32,000 bases of DNA, from positions 1,530,001 through 1,562,000 of the forward strand of contig NC_010814.1 of the NCBI RefSeq assembly GCF_000020385.1. The letters run 5' to 3'. Below are positions 24,601-32,000 of this stretch, piece after piece; within the stretch, counting starts at the first letter, position 1; the number at the start of each line of letters is the position of its first letter. Origin of the DNA: Trichlorobacter lovleyi SZ. GTDB taxonomy: Bacteria; Desulfobacterota; Desulfuromonadia; Geobacterales; Pseudopelobacteraceae. The notes under the pieces are model-generated. The model made no database searches, was not told the DNA's origin, and was given only the letters and a program-made list of their open reading frames with translations. A program made the translations under genes and the position numbers.

Positions 24601-26429
24601 ACGAAGAAAACGACATGATGCGGCCGATTTCGTACAATCCGGGGGTCACCATTCCGGATGCACCCACCGCTCTGGCAACCAACGCCTTATTCATTGACGG
24701 TAATGTTACCCTGACCTGGGTTGACCCGACTCCCAAGGCTGCCTCTACAACCATGGGCAACCCCAAGAACGAGATCAACTTCATTATTGAACGTTGTTCC
24801 GGTCTTGACTGCAGCAACTTCGTAGCGGTCGGCACGGCCCTGGCCAATGCCACCAGCTTTACAGACACAACCGTAACAGCTGGTACGCAGTATCGCTATG
24901 CCGTTGCAGCCTACAACGCAGCAGGCACCTCAACTCGATCAAATATTATTAGTGTAACCGCAGTGCAGGCCCCAACCGTAGACTTGACAAGCCCAACAAA
25001 CGGCACCGTGTATTGGCCGGGAACAACTATCCCCTTGGCTGCCACTGCTACAGCGCCAAATGGATCAACCATTACCAAGGTTGAGTTTTATGACGGCACG
25101 ACACTGCTGAGTACAGATACCAGTTCCCCTTATTCGTACAACTGGGCAACAGCAACCTCAGGCAGCCATAGCTTGACCGCCAAGGCCTATGCAAGTAACG
25201 GGGCGGTGGTAACGTCAAGTGCGGTTGCTATATCGTTAACAGCTCCTGTTAGTAGTGCTACGCTTAGTGCTACCCCTTCTAGTCCTCAGACAGTTGGCGT
25301 TGCCCAGGTAGTCTTTAATGCGACAGCCAGCGGTGGAAGTGGTTCGTATGAGTACAAATTTATGCAGAAGATTGCAGGTGTTTGGACAACAGTGCAGGAT
25401 TATGGTGCGGCTTCTTCGTATACTTGGAATTCGTCTTTACAACCCACAGGTACATATGGTTTCCAAGTTTATGTACGCAATGCTGGTGCAACTAATGCCT
25501 ATGATGTGGCAAAAGCGATGGGCTATACCATTAATGCAACAGCAGTTAGTGGTGCTACGCTTAGTGCTACCCCTTCTAGTCCTCAGACAGTTGGCGTTGC
25601 CCAGGTAGTCTTTAATGCGACAGCCAGCGGTGGAAGTGGTTCGTATGAGTACAAATTTATGCAGAAGATTGCAGGTGTTTGGACAACAGTGCAGGATTAT
25701 GGTGCGGCTTCTTCGTATACTTGGAATTCGTCTTTACAACCCACAGGTACATATGGTTTCCAAGTTTATGTACGCAATGCTGGTGCAACTAATGCCTATG
25801 ATGTGGCAAAAGCGATGGGCTATACCATTAATGCAACAGCAGTTAGTGGTGCTACGCTTAGTGCTACCCCTTCTAGTCCTCAGACAGTTGGCGTTGCCCA
25901 GGTAGTCTTTAATGCGACAGCCAGCGGTGGAAGTGGTTCGTATGAGTACAAATTTATGCAGAAGATTGCAGGTGTTTGGACAACAGTGCAGGATTATGGT
26001 GCGGCTTCTTCGTATACTTGGAATTCGTCTTTACAACCCACAGGTACATATGGTTTCCAAGTTTATGTACGCAATGCTGGTGCAACTAATGCCTATGATG
26101 TGGCAAAAGCGATGGGCTATACCATTAATGCAACAGCAGTTAGTGGTGCTACGCTTAGTGCTACCCCTTCTAGTCCTCAGACAGTTGGCGTTGCCCAGGT
26201 AGTCTTTAATGCGACAGCCAGCGGTGGAAGTGGTTCGTATGAGTACAAATTTATGCAGAAGATTGCAGGTGTTTGGACAACAGTGCAGGATTATGGTGCG
26301 GCTTCTTCGTATACTTGGAATTCGTCTTTACAACCCACAGGTACATATGGTTTCCAAGTTTATGTACGCAATGCTGGTGCAACTAATGCCTATGATGTGG
26401 CAAAAGCGATGGGCTATACCATTCAATAA
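21624..26429 (+). CDS. Giant secreted multicopper oxidase (Geobacter OmpB-like) with FN3, Ig-like and four identical C-terminal Y_Y_Y-like repeat domains
   Basis: GGAGG RBS and a signal peptide. The four canonical MCO copper motifs are present: HLHGG, YHDHSWG, HPIHFHLFD, WHCHILSHEENDMM. An FN3-like block (LTWVDPTP...TQYRYAVAAYNAAGTS), an Ig-like block (KVEFYDGTTLLSTDTSSPYSYNW), then 4 x 99 aa repeats (SGSYEYKFMQKIAGVWTTVQDY...). Confidence 0.95.
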   Translation: MNKRTLRSRMTALLSGLALIMGLGTAQAYLSPDYSNPAYAPGGATPFVIGPGNTPDYLTTPNWAYTPPIRKFVDTLPGLGAANVNNLGQYIPVAVPDIVTYPGSDYYEIELREFSEKVHSDLPPTTMRAYRQVNAGTVTTSCTDPALSQPNPCTEANNTAQVEANPRQFGPVIVAQKDRPVRIKFINSLPTGSGGDLFIPVDQTIMGAGPFQIDYDPVTKQPIQVTSGTFSQNRAELHLHGGRTPWISDGTPHQWITPAGEVTSYPTGVSMTNVPDMPDPGPGAQTYYYTNQQSSRLMFYHDHSWGITRLNVYVGGAAGYVIRDAVEQQLIADGKIPAEEIPLIIQDKTFVDGDPASPTYVLKTDPTWKWGTGTIGSNGFRIPQSGDLWWPHIYMPAQNPFDITGIAPMGRWAYGPYFWPATPNPYQPIPNPYYSPDCVPGGDPATTPGLLGGPYGDFCQPPEIPATPNPSWGAEAFMDTPTINGTAYPVLTVEPKAYRFRILNAAHDRFVNLQLYKADPAPAPLDYSGAFPPSCTSYTAPGYGGFSGICASNTEVKMVPAQPGGVGKPATWPEDGRPGGVPDWNTAGPNWIMIGSEGGFLPRPVVLPPQPLNWNADVTTFNAGNVNTGSLILAPAERADVIVDFSGIPSGTTLILYNDAPAPWPALDPHYDYYTGAPDNRAMGGADTTPIGFGPNTRTLMQIKVQGTPAATFNVAALNAAFTPSTPALGVFRQSQESLVVGQGNMNPTGDPAYYEAFAFDGVAYDALNTIYGTAFATTFPNWGVSRINDKEISFKTINPDGTVNPTVQTVTMKLKAIQDEQGETFDDYGRMRAALGLTLSNPAAGQVNFIVQTYSDPSTEVLAEEGIQVWKITHNGVDTHPIHFHLFDVQILNRVGWDGFIRLPDPTELGWKETVRVSPLEDTIVAVRPVKPMLPFGIPNSVRPLNPATPLGDATELSMIDPTTGQAWGTPNVNRILNLGWEYVWHCHILSHEENDMMRPISYNPGVTIPDAPTALATNALFIDGNVTLTWVDPTPKAASTTMGNPKNEINFIIERCSGLDCSNFVAVGTALANATSFTDTTVTAGTQYRYAVAAYNAAGTSTRSNIISVTAVQAPTVDLTSPTNGTVYWPGTTIPLAATATAPNGSTITKVEFYDGTTLLSTDTSSPYSYNWATATSGSHSLTAKAYASNGAVVTSSAVAISLTAPVSSATLSATPSSPQTVGVAQVVFNATASGGSGSYEYKFMQKIAGVWTTVQDYGAASSYTWNSSLQPTGTYGFQVYVRNAGATNAYDVAKAMGYTINATAVSGATLSATPSSPQTVGVAQVVFNATASGGSGSYEYKFMQKIAGVWTTVQDYGAASSYTWNSSLQPTGTYGFQVYVRNAGATNAYDVAKAMGYTINATAVSGATLSATPSSPQTVGVAQVVFNATASGGSGSYEYKFMQKIAGVWTTVQDYGAASSYTWNSSLQPTGTYGFQVYVRNAGATNAYDVAKAMGYTINATAVSGATLSATPSSPQTVGVAQVVFNATASGGSGSYEYKFMQKIAGVWTTVQDYGAASSYTWNSSLQPTGTYGFQVYVRNAGATNAYDVAKAMGYTIQ
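25248..26424 (+). repeat. Tandem repeat, ~3.96 copies of a 297-bp unit, nucleotide-identical between copies apart from the first few bases of copy 1
   Basis: gttagt(a/g)gtgctacgcttagtgc recurs at 25248, 25545, 25842 and 26139. I compared copies 1 and 2 base by base and found them identical. The four identical out-of-frame 96/82-aa ORFs in the track at 297-bp spacing confirm copies 3 and 4. Confidence 0.95.
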
Positions 26430-26453
26430 TGCAATAAAATCGAGTTTTTCATG

Positions 26454-26484
26454 GTGAGTGGCCTTTGGGCCACTCACGATTTTT
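26454..26484 (+). terminator. Rho-independent terminator after the multicopper oxidase gene (shared convergent gene end)
   Basis: A 10-bp stem (gtgagtggcc / ggccactcac) with loop tttg, followed by gaTTTTT. The stop codon of the convergent sugar-transferase gene lies inside the 3' arm. Confidence 0.75.
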
Positions 26485-27082
26485 CGTCAAAAAAGATTGT
26501 TTTAAATGTTGCTAAAATCAGTTTGAAATCTATCCAAAGTGATCGGCTTGTCGTATAACGTTGATAGTATGCAAGTTTGACTGGTAAAATTTCCTCAATG
26601 TATGCTTTGTCTGGATCTTTAGCCCGTCCTAGAATCGCGTTTTCGTCTTTGTATTCAATTGATGCATAATCGGTAATGCCGGGGGGGACAGACAACACGA
26701 GATCGCGAACTTCGGGAGGGTACATTGCAACATAGCGGGGAACTTCGGGACGCGGACCGACCAAGCTCATTTCTCCCCAAATGACATTCAGCAGTTGTGG
26801 AAGTTCATCCAGCTTATAATGCCTGAGAAATCGGCCAGAGCGGGTGATGCGTGGGTCTTCGCCGACTGTAATCTGCCTGCCTTTGGCCTCTGCATCCAGA
26901 CACATGGTTCTGAATTTGAATATACGAAAGGGCTTGCCAAACCTGCCGACCCGCTCTTGTCGGAAAAATACCGGCCCATGGCTATCAGACTTTATCCAAA
27001 AACTTATGAATAAAAAAAGAGGAGCTAACAAGACCACCCCAAGGAAGGAAAAGAAAAGGTCAAAGAGACGTTTTAGTAGCAT
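26474..27082 (-). CDS. Small monotopic phosphoglycosyl (undecaprenyl-phosphate sugar-1-phosphate) transferase, PglC/WbaP C-terminal-domain type
   Basis: MLLKRLFDLFFSFLGVVLLAPLF..., PVFFRQERVG..GKPF.IFKFRTM, DELPQLLNVIWGEMSLVGPRP: the bacterial sugar transferase signature. Confidence 0.9.
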   Translation of the reverse strand: MLLKRLFDLFFSFLGVVLLAPLFLFISFWIKSDSHGPVFFRQERVGRFGKPFRIFKFRTMCLDAEAKGRQITVGEDPRITRSGRFLRHYKLDELPQLLNVIWGEMSLVGPRPEVPRYVAMYPPEVRDLVLSVPPGITDYASIEYKDENAILGRAKDPDKAYIEEILPVKLAYYQRYTTSRSLWIDFKLILATFKTIFFDEKS

Positions 27083-27214
27083 GTTGTATACTCACCGAGA
27101 TACGCTTAGCCATAATGGCTGCCAGTTGAAATAAGTAGACCTGTCCCTTGCAAACGTGGGTTAAGCTGGGAACGAGAGATTCACAGCACAGAGCCACATC
27201 CAAGGAGGCAGGTC

Positions 27215-27403
27215 ATGGAAAAGTCTATCACGTATGTTGGGCTTGATGTTCACAAAAACTCTATTGATGTCGCTTTGGCCGATGAAGGCCGTGACAAGGA
27301 AGTCCGTTACATTGTGGTTGCCCCTTCTCTGATTCCCAAGAAGAGCGGCAGCCGAATAAAGAATGATCGTCGTGATGCTGACGTTAACCCAGAATCTCCT
27401 TGA
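27215..27403 (+). mobile_element. IS110-family transposase remnant (internally deleted and 3'-truncated)
   Basis: The 62-aa ORF joins the IS110 N-terminal motif (ITYVGLDVHKNSIDVALADEGRDKEVRY) directly to a mid-protein motif (VVAPSLIPKKSGSRIKNDRRDA), then ends. A full-length protein would be about 340 aa or more. It overlaps the 3' end of the aminotransferase gene. Confidence 0.7.
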
Positions 27404-28535
27404 CTGTCCGAATTACTCGGTTCTGGTCATCATCAGACATTTTTGTGTAGAGCGGCAGGCTCACTGCCTGCTCATAGGTGTGAAGCGCACAAGGGAAATC
27501 CTCCGGTTGCAGGTTGTAACGGTCACGCCAGTAGGGATGCAGATGCAGCGGAATAAAATGGACGCTGCAGCCGATCCCTTTTTCAGCCATCAGCTCGATG
27601 AAGCGGTCGCGGCTAACCGGGGCGTCGTCTGTTAAACGGATAACATACAGGTGCCATGCGTGGGTATCACCGGACGGCGCATGGGGTGGTAGCAGCAGTG
27701 GCAACCCCTGTAATGCCTCGTCATATCCTGCTGCCATGGTCTGACGTTTTTGCTGAAACAGATGTGCCTTGTGCAACTGGTGAATACCCAATGAGGCCGC
27801 AATATCAGTCATATTATACTTATAACCGGGGGCTATTACCTCGTAATGCCATGAGGGTTTGGTGGAGGTATACCGATCAAAGGCATCTCGGCTGATGCCA
27901 TGCAGGCGCATCACCCGGCAGCGCTTTGCCAACTCAGGATTTCTTGTAACGATCATCCCTCCCTCGCCAGTGGTGATGGTCTTGGTGGCATAAAAGCTGT
28001 ATACGGTGACATCGCTCGCTAGTGTACCAATCAGCTGACCGTTACAGGTGGTAGGTAGGGCATGGGCTGCGTCCTCAACCACCTTTAGGTTATGCCTGCA
28101 GGCAATGGACAGGAGTACATTCATATCACAGGAAAGCCCTGCAAAATGCACCGGGACAATCGCCTTGGTGCGGGGTGTAATAGCTGCCTCGATCTTGGTC
28201 GGATCGATGTTATACGTGTTCGGATCACTATCCACAAACACCGGGTCAGCACCCAGATAGCGGATAACCTCTGCCGTGGAAGTAAAGGTGTAGGGGGTGG
28301 TGATTACCTCATCCCCGGGCCCAATACCAACCGCTTCCAGCGCCAGATGCAGACCGGCAGTGGCCGAGTTGACCGCAATCGCCTCTACCCCGTTGCCCAC
28401 AAAAGCTGCAAACTCTTCTTCAAAGCGCTTTGTCTTGGGGCCGGTCGTCAGCCAGCCGGAGCGAAGCGAATCAAGGGCTTCGTTAATTTCTTCCTCGCCG
28501 ATATCAGGGAGAGCAAAGGGGAGAAATGTATTCAT
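27384..28535 (-). CDS. DegT/DnrJ/EryC1/StrS-family nucleotide-sugar aminotransferase (PLP-dependent)
   Basis: Start moved to [16 protein letters not shown] (GGAGG 7 nt upstream). Motifs: [25 protein letters not shown], and the catalytic-Lys region [14 protein letters not shown]. Confidence 0.9.
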   Translation of the reverse strand: MNTFLPFALPDIGEEEINEALDSLRSGWLTTGPKTKRFEEEFAAFVGNGVEAIAVNSATAGLHLALEAVGIGPGDEVITTPYTFTSTAEVIRYLGADPVFVDSDPNTYNIDPTKIEAAITPRTKAIVPVHFAGLSCDMNVLLSIACRHNLKVVEDAAHALPTTCNGQLIGTLASDVTVYSFYATKTITTGEGGMIVTRNPELAKRCRVMRLHGISRDAFDRYTSTKPSWHYEVIAPGYKYNMTDIAASLGIHQLHKAHLFQQKRQTMAAGYDEALQGLPLLLPPHAPSGDTHAWHLYVIRLTDDAPVSRDRFIELMAEKGIGCSVHFIPLHLHPYWRDRYNLQPEDFPCALHTYEQAVSLPLYTKMSDDDQNRVIRTVKEILG

Positions 28536-28555
28536 AAAATTACCTCCGATATCAG

Positions 28556-28744
28556 TAGTGGCTTGGATGAACTTTGTACTCGCTGGCAAGCTCTGCCAGC
28601 GCCTTGGATTCGGTCAAAGCTGCCAAAAGGCTGCCTTGGCTTTGAATTCTAAACTGTAACGGTTGCGGTGCCGCATGGGACCTCTCCTTTCAAAGGGATC
28701 GGTTCATTGCTTATACTCATGTCTCAAAAACCGCAACCACTTCA
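28556..28744 (-). mobile_element. IS3-family left-end remnant: terminal inverted repeat plus the frameshifted first ~40 codons of orfA
   Basis: The minus strand begins TGAAGTGGTTGCGG... (IS3/IS911-like TG... terminus) at 28744. After a GGAGAGG RBS comes ATG 28676, encoding MRHRNRYSLEFKAKAAF. After a -1 slip in a T-run it continues [21 protein letters not shown] (HTH_Tnp_1-like). It ends abruptly at about 28556. Confidence 0.55.
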
Positions 28745-29011
28745 GTTTTGGATTGCCAGGTTGGTGTAGATGAACTCAGCCGGATAGGTGTTGTTGGCGT
28801 GGATGCCCCTCACCTTGGCCGCTGCCAGAAAGACATACTCCGGTTTTTCTTGGGCAAAGAATTTTGCCACTGCCTGCTGGTTGGTAAGGTCCAGTTTATC
28901 CATTTCAGGGGTAAGCAGGTTCAAGTAGCTGGCCGCTTGCAGGCACCGTACAAGAGCAGAGCCTACCAGCCCTTTGGAACCGGCGATGAATATTTTTGTA
29001 GTCTTATTCAT
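28742..29011 (-). pseudogene. fcl: Truncated GDP-L-fucose synthase (fcl/wcaG), N-terminal ~89 codons only
   Basis: [22 protein letters not shown]...[30 protein letters not shown] matches the Rossmann N-terminus of Fcl, which is about 320 aa full length. The reading frame stops at the TGA that is also the first triplet of the IS3-like end. The start overlaps the gmd stop by 8 nt. Confidence 0.75.
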
Positions 29012-30086
29012 TATAGTCAAACGCCCGGTAGCCGTGCTTTTTGACCAGTTCATCCCGTTCAGCCGCCTTCAGATCTTCACGAACCATTTCGGCAACCAGT
29101 TCCTTAAAGCTGATCTTCGGCGTCCAGCCCAGTTTCTCACGGGCCTTGCCCGGATCTCCCAGCAGGGTTTCGACTTCAGTGGGACGGAAGTAACGGGGAT
29201 CAACCCTGACAATCACTCTACCGCTCTGGTCGGTACCGGTTTCATCGACGCCGCTGCCCTGCCAGCTGATTTTCATCCCAAGTTCTTCAGCGGCGGTATT
29301 GACGAACTCTCTGACGCTGTGCTGGATACCGGTGGCAATGACCCAGTCTTCAGGGTGCTCCTGTTGCATCAGCAGCCATTGCATTTCGACATAGTCTTTG
29401 GCATGGCCCCAGTCCCGCAGGGAGTCAAGGTTGCCCAGGTAGAGGCAGTCCTGAAGCCCCAGTTTGATCCGGGCCAGGGCACGGGTGATCTTGCGGGTGA
29501 CAAAGGTTTCTCCCCGTAACGGTGATTCGTGGTTGAAGAGGATGCCGTTGCAGCCGTAGATGCCGTAGGCTTCGCGGTAGTTGACGGTGATCCAGTAGGC
29601 GTAGAGTTTGGCTACGGCATAGGGGGACCGGGGGTAGAAGGGGGTGGTTTCCTTCTGGGGGATTTCCTGGACCAGGCCGTAGAGTTCGGAGGTGGAGGCC
29701 TGGTAGAAGCGGGTCTTTTTCTCAAGCCCCAAGATCCGGATCGCCTCCAGAATCCGCAAGGGACCGATGGCGTCGGCATTGGCGGTGTATTCAGGGGTCT
29801 CAAAGGAGACGGCAACATGGGACTGGGCTGCCAGGTTGTAGATCTCGTCCGGTTGCACGGCCTGAATGATCCGGATCAGGTTGGTGGAGTCGGTCATGTC
29901 ACCGTAGTGCAGGACCAACCGGCGCCCCTTTTCATGGGGGTCCTGGTAGAGGTGGTCAATCCGGTCGGTGTTGAACAGGGAGGCACGCCGCTTGATGCCG
30001 TGGACCTCATACCCCTTCTCAAGCAGCAGTTCGGCCAGATAGGCCCCATCCTGCCCGGTGATGCCGGTGATTAATGCCTTTTTCAT
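29004..30086 (-). CDS. gmd: GDP-mannose 4,6-dehydratase
   Basis: Start at [30 protein letters not shown] (GGAG upstream). Classic Gmd blocks: [50 protein letters not shown]. Confidence 0.95.
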   Translation of the reverse strand: MKKALITGITGQDGAYLAELLLEKGYEVHGIKRRASLFNTDRIDHLYQDPHEKGRRLVLHYGDMTDSTNLIRIIQAVQPDEIYNLAAQSHVAVSFETPEYTANADAIGPLRILEAIRILGLEKKTRFYQASTSELYGLVQEIPQKETTPFYPRSPYAVAKLYAYWITVNYREAYGIYGCNGILFNHESPLRGETFVTRKITRALARIKLGLQDCLYLGNLDSLRDWGHAKDYVEMQWLLMQQEHPEDWVIATGIQHSVREFVNTAAEELGMKISWQGSGVDETGTDQSGRVIVRVDPRYFRPTEVETLLGDPGKAREKLGWTPKISFKELVAEMVREDLKAAERDELVKKHGYRAFDYNE

Positions 30087-30111
30087 AGCAGCTCCATTTT
30101 CAAAATACAGG

Positions 30112-30732
30112 CTAAAGACCATCAGTAAGCTGTATCCAATACTCGTTCATACGACGACCCTCAGGCGTTTCGTATTGGCGCTCAATTGTAAAACCTAGTT
30201 TTTGGTAAAAAATATTAACAGATTCATTGTTGTCGCGGTCGGTTGTCAAGAAGACCCGCTTACAGCCACGTCTTTTAGCTGTCTCAAGAAAGGCATTGAC
30301 CAGAATTTTTCCGGCACCTGTGCCTTGTAGTTCGGGGCTTACGCCGATTGAAAAAAGTCCGGCTACATCGTTGCCAACCGGGTTTCCGGAGGGGTGTAAC
30401 AAGCCGCGAGCTATTCGTCTCATCGCAGACGGCCTGGTTATGACAGTACCAAGCGAAGCAAAAGCAAATTTCAACCAGTCTCGCTTTAAAAGGCGTGAAT
30501 AAAACCCTCTTGGGTTTGTTGACCCTGCAACAAACCCAAGAGGCATCCCTGAGTCGTTCAAATATACGAAAGCAATGCTCTCTGTCGCAGTGCAGATACC
30601 CGAATAATATAGAGCTAGAAAACGAGGACCAAGTGAGGAAAGAAAAAAACTGGGAAAACTCGTCAGATGAGTTTGAACCACTGCCGGAATATGTTTACGA
30701 CTCATGACAAGCAGCTTATCAGTATTCATCAT
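30112..30732 (-). CDS. GNAT-family N-acetyltransferase
   Basis: 206 aa. Acetyl-CoA binding block [30 protein letters not shown]...NIFYQKLGF. Confidence 0.8.
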   Translation of the reverse strand: MMNTDKLLVMSRKHIPAVVQTHLTSFPSFFLSSLGPRFLALYYSGICTATESIAFVYLNDSGMPLGFVAGSTNPRGFYSRLLKRDWLKFAFASLGTVITRPSAMRRIARGLLHPSGNPVGNDVAGLFSIGVSPELQGTGAGKILVNAFLETAKRRGCKRVFLTTDRDNNESVNIFYQKLGFTIERQYETPEGRRMNEYWIQLTDGL

Positions 30733-30735
30733 GCA

Positions 30736-31986
30736 TCACCATAAGTTAATTCTGCCTGCAGCGGACATGATTGCGTCAGCAAGGCGTCGCACTCCTTTCT
30801 GCTTAGAATAGAAGTTTTTAGCAAAAATCTGGCCGTTTGCCCCTAAGGTAACTAGCTCACACTGCGGAGTTATGATAACCTCTTGCATCTTTTTAGCCAA
30901 CCAACAAATATCCTCAGGGGGGCCGACCCAGCCACATTTGGCCTGTCTGATAAGAGAAGCTGTATCGCTTTCTTCATCTACTGTTGCCAATACAGGTTTT
31001 CCAGAGAAGAGATAAGCTGGAAGTTTGGAAGGAATAGAGCTCATAGCAGAACCATGCTTCATGGGTAACATAAAAATATCAGCCATGCTCTGCAGCAAGG
31101 GAACGTTAGCGGCATCGGGATCCTGAATAAAGTGTATATTTTGAGCGCCGAGATTAAGGCTAAACTCAATACATCTAATACGTTCAGATCCATCTCCTAC
31201 AATTATCAGTTGAGCCTCCTTAAGGCCGGATTCATAAAAGGCTCGAATCAAAAAATCAACCCCAGCAACGGGACCTATGTTGCCAAGATACAGAAAAGTA
31301 AAAAGATCATCTCGCATTGTATATTGCCGACAGGCCAGCGTACGGTTATTGGATACATTGAACAACGAATCATCCTGCCAAGTTGGGATGAGCTTTACAA
31401 CTTCACCAGGCAGCTTTCTTGTCTGAGTATAACTGCGTCGCATGTTTTCAGAAATTACAACTACTGATTTTGCACATTTGGCAATCTGAGTATCCAGATA
31501 CAGAAGAGATCCCGCCACAACTGTTTGCGCCCAAACCGGAAGTTTATGAACAAGCGATTCAGGGTAAATATCCATAATCTGCAGGACTGTCGGTATTCCG
31601 ACTTTATATGTGTACCGCATGATAAGTGCTTGTGCAAGCAATGGCCAACTGTTTAGATATATGGCATCAGGCTTCTCATCGCACTTTTTTAGATAACAAC
31701 ATACATGACGGCCAAAGCTCCAACTTTCAGCAAGCCTTGGTAACAAGCGAGATGTGGGACAGCGATACGAGGGTAAACGGACTACCTCAACGCCAGCTTC
31801 AAGAGTCGTTACATTATCTGGAGATTGTAGAGTTTGATAGTCTGCTGTAACTGGACGTGAAGGCTGTGGCGCAAGCACGGTCACGCTTGTTCCCTGTTGA
31901 ATAAGACCTAAAGCAAGATCTTGGGCCATTCTAGCAGAGACCACCGGCTCGGGGGGATAGACTGCGGTGATAATAACAATGTGCAT
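30736..31986 (-). CDS. Family-4 (GT-B, WcaI-like) glycosyltransferase
   Basis: 416 aa. N-terminus MHIVIITAVYPPEPVVSARMAQDLA is typical of WcaI-like GT4 enzymes. C-terminal half has the nucleotide-sugar binding pattern (LGNIGPVAG..., IVGDGSE..., SKLPAYLFSGKPVLA). Confidence 0.85.
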   Translation of the reverse strand: MHIVIITAVYPPEPVVSARMAQDLALGLIQQGTSVTVLAPQPSRPVTADYQTLQSPDNVTTLEAGVEVVRLPSYRCPTSRLLPRLAESWSFGRHVCCYLKKCDEKPDAIYLNSWPLLAQALIMRYTYKVGIPTVLQIMDIYPESLVHKLPVWAQTVVAGSLLYLDTQIAKCAKSVVVISENMRRSYTQTRKLPGEVVKLIPTWQDDSLFNVSNNRTLACRQYTMRDDLFTFLYLGNIGPVAGVDFLIRAFYESGLKEAQLIIVGDGSERIRCIEFSLNLGAQNIHFIQDPDAANVPLLQSMADIFMLPMKHGSAMSSIPSKLPAYLFSGKPVLATVDEESDTASLIRQAKCGWVGPPEDICWLAKKMQEVIITPQCELVTLGANGQIFAKNFYSKQKGVRRLADAIMSAAGRINLW

Positions 31987-32000
31987 CGTTATTGTTCCGT

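Noticed and set aside
25248-26424. Possible CRISPR array, because of regularly spaced identical repeats
   Set aside because: The 297-bp units abut directly with no unique spacers. They are far longer than CRISPR repeats and are in frame within a protein-coding gene.
25318-26457. Four identical 96/82-aa ORFs (starts at 25318, 25615, 25912, 26209)
   Set aside because: They are the +1-frame read-through of the 297-bp tandem repeat inside the MCO gene, not a gene family. Their identity simply reflects the DNA repeat.

Overview
High-GC, Geobacter/Desulfuromonadales-like chromosomal segment; the taxon is inferred from gene content only. All domain calls come from motifs I read in the translations. 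No searches were run. Layout, left to right: (1) Two tandem paralogous extracellular-type multiheme c-cytochromes on the minus strand (1..1280 partial, 1498..3879). The upstream copy has a leader that looks like a GEMM-I cyclic-dinucleotide riboswitch with a terminator. (2) An orphan TPR-secretin-cohesin lipoprotein (4288..6675). (3) An 8-gene minus-strand operon (13791 down to 6867): Cys-rich protein, TonB-dependent receptor, two NosL-like proteins, small membrane protein, FtsX-type ABC permease, ABC ATPase, and a Cys-motif polytopic membrane protein. (4) A divergent soluble PAS histidine kinase plus NtrC-type sigma-54 activator (13974..16891) and a REC-only regulator. (5) FKBP isomerase, SCO1/SenC, a cytochrome c::periplasmic-binding-protein fusion and a small secreted Cys protein (17669..20993). 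(6) A small basic secreted protein and a 1601-aa OmpB-like multicopper oxidase ending in four nucleotide-identical 297-bp repeats (21292..26429). (7) A lower-GC, decaying glycan-biosynthesis island with two IS remnants and a truncated fcl (26474..32000). The main lead is a possible sigma-54 regulon. Three GG-N10-type promoter elements, two embedded in an identical 19-mer, each sit downstream of a TGTCTCA/TGAGACA inverted-repeat motif. They would link the local two-component system to the uncharacterised TonB/NosL/ABC operon and to the multicopper oxidase, suggesting a copper-acquisition and delivery circuit. This is inference and is untested.
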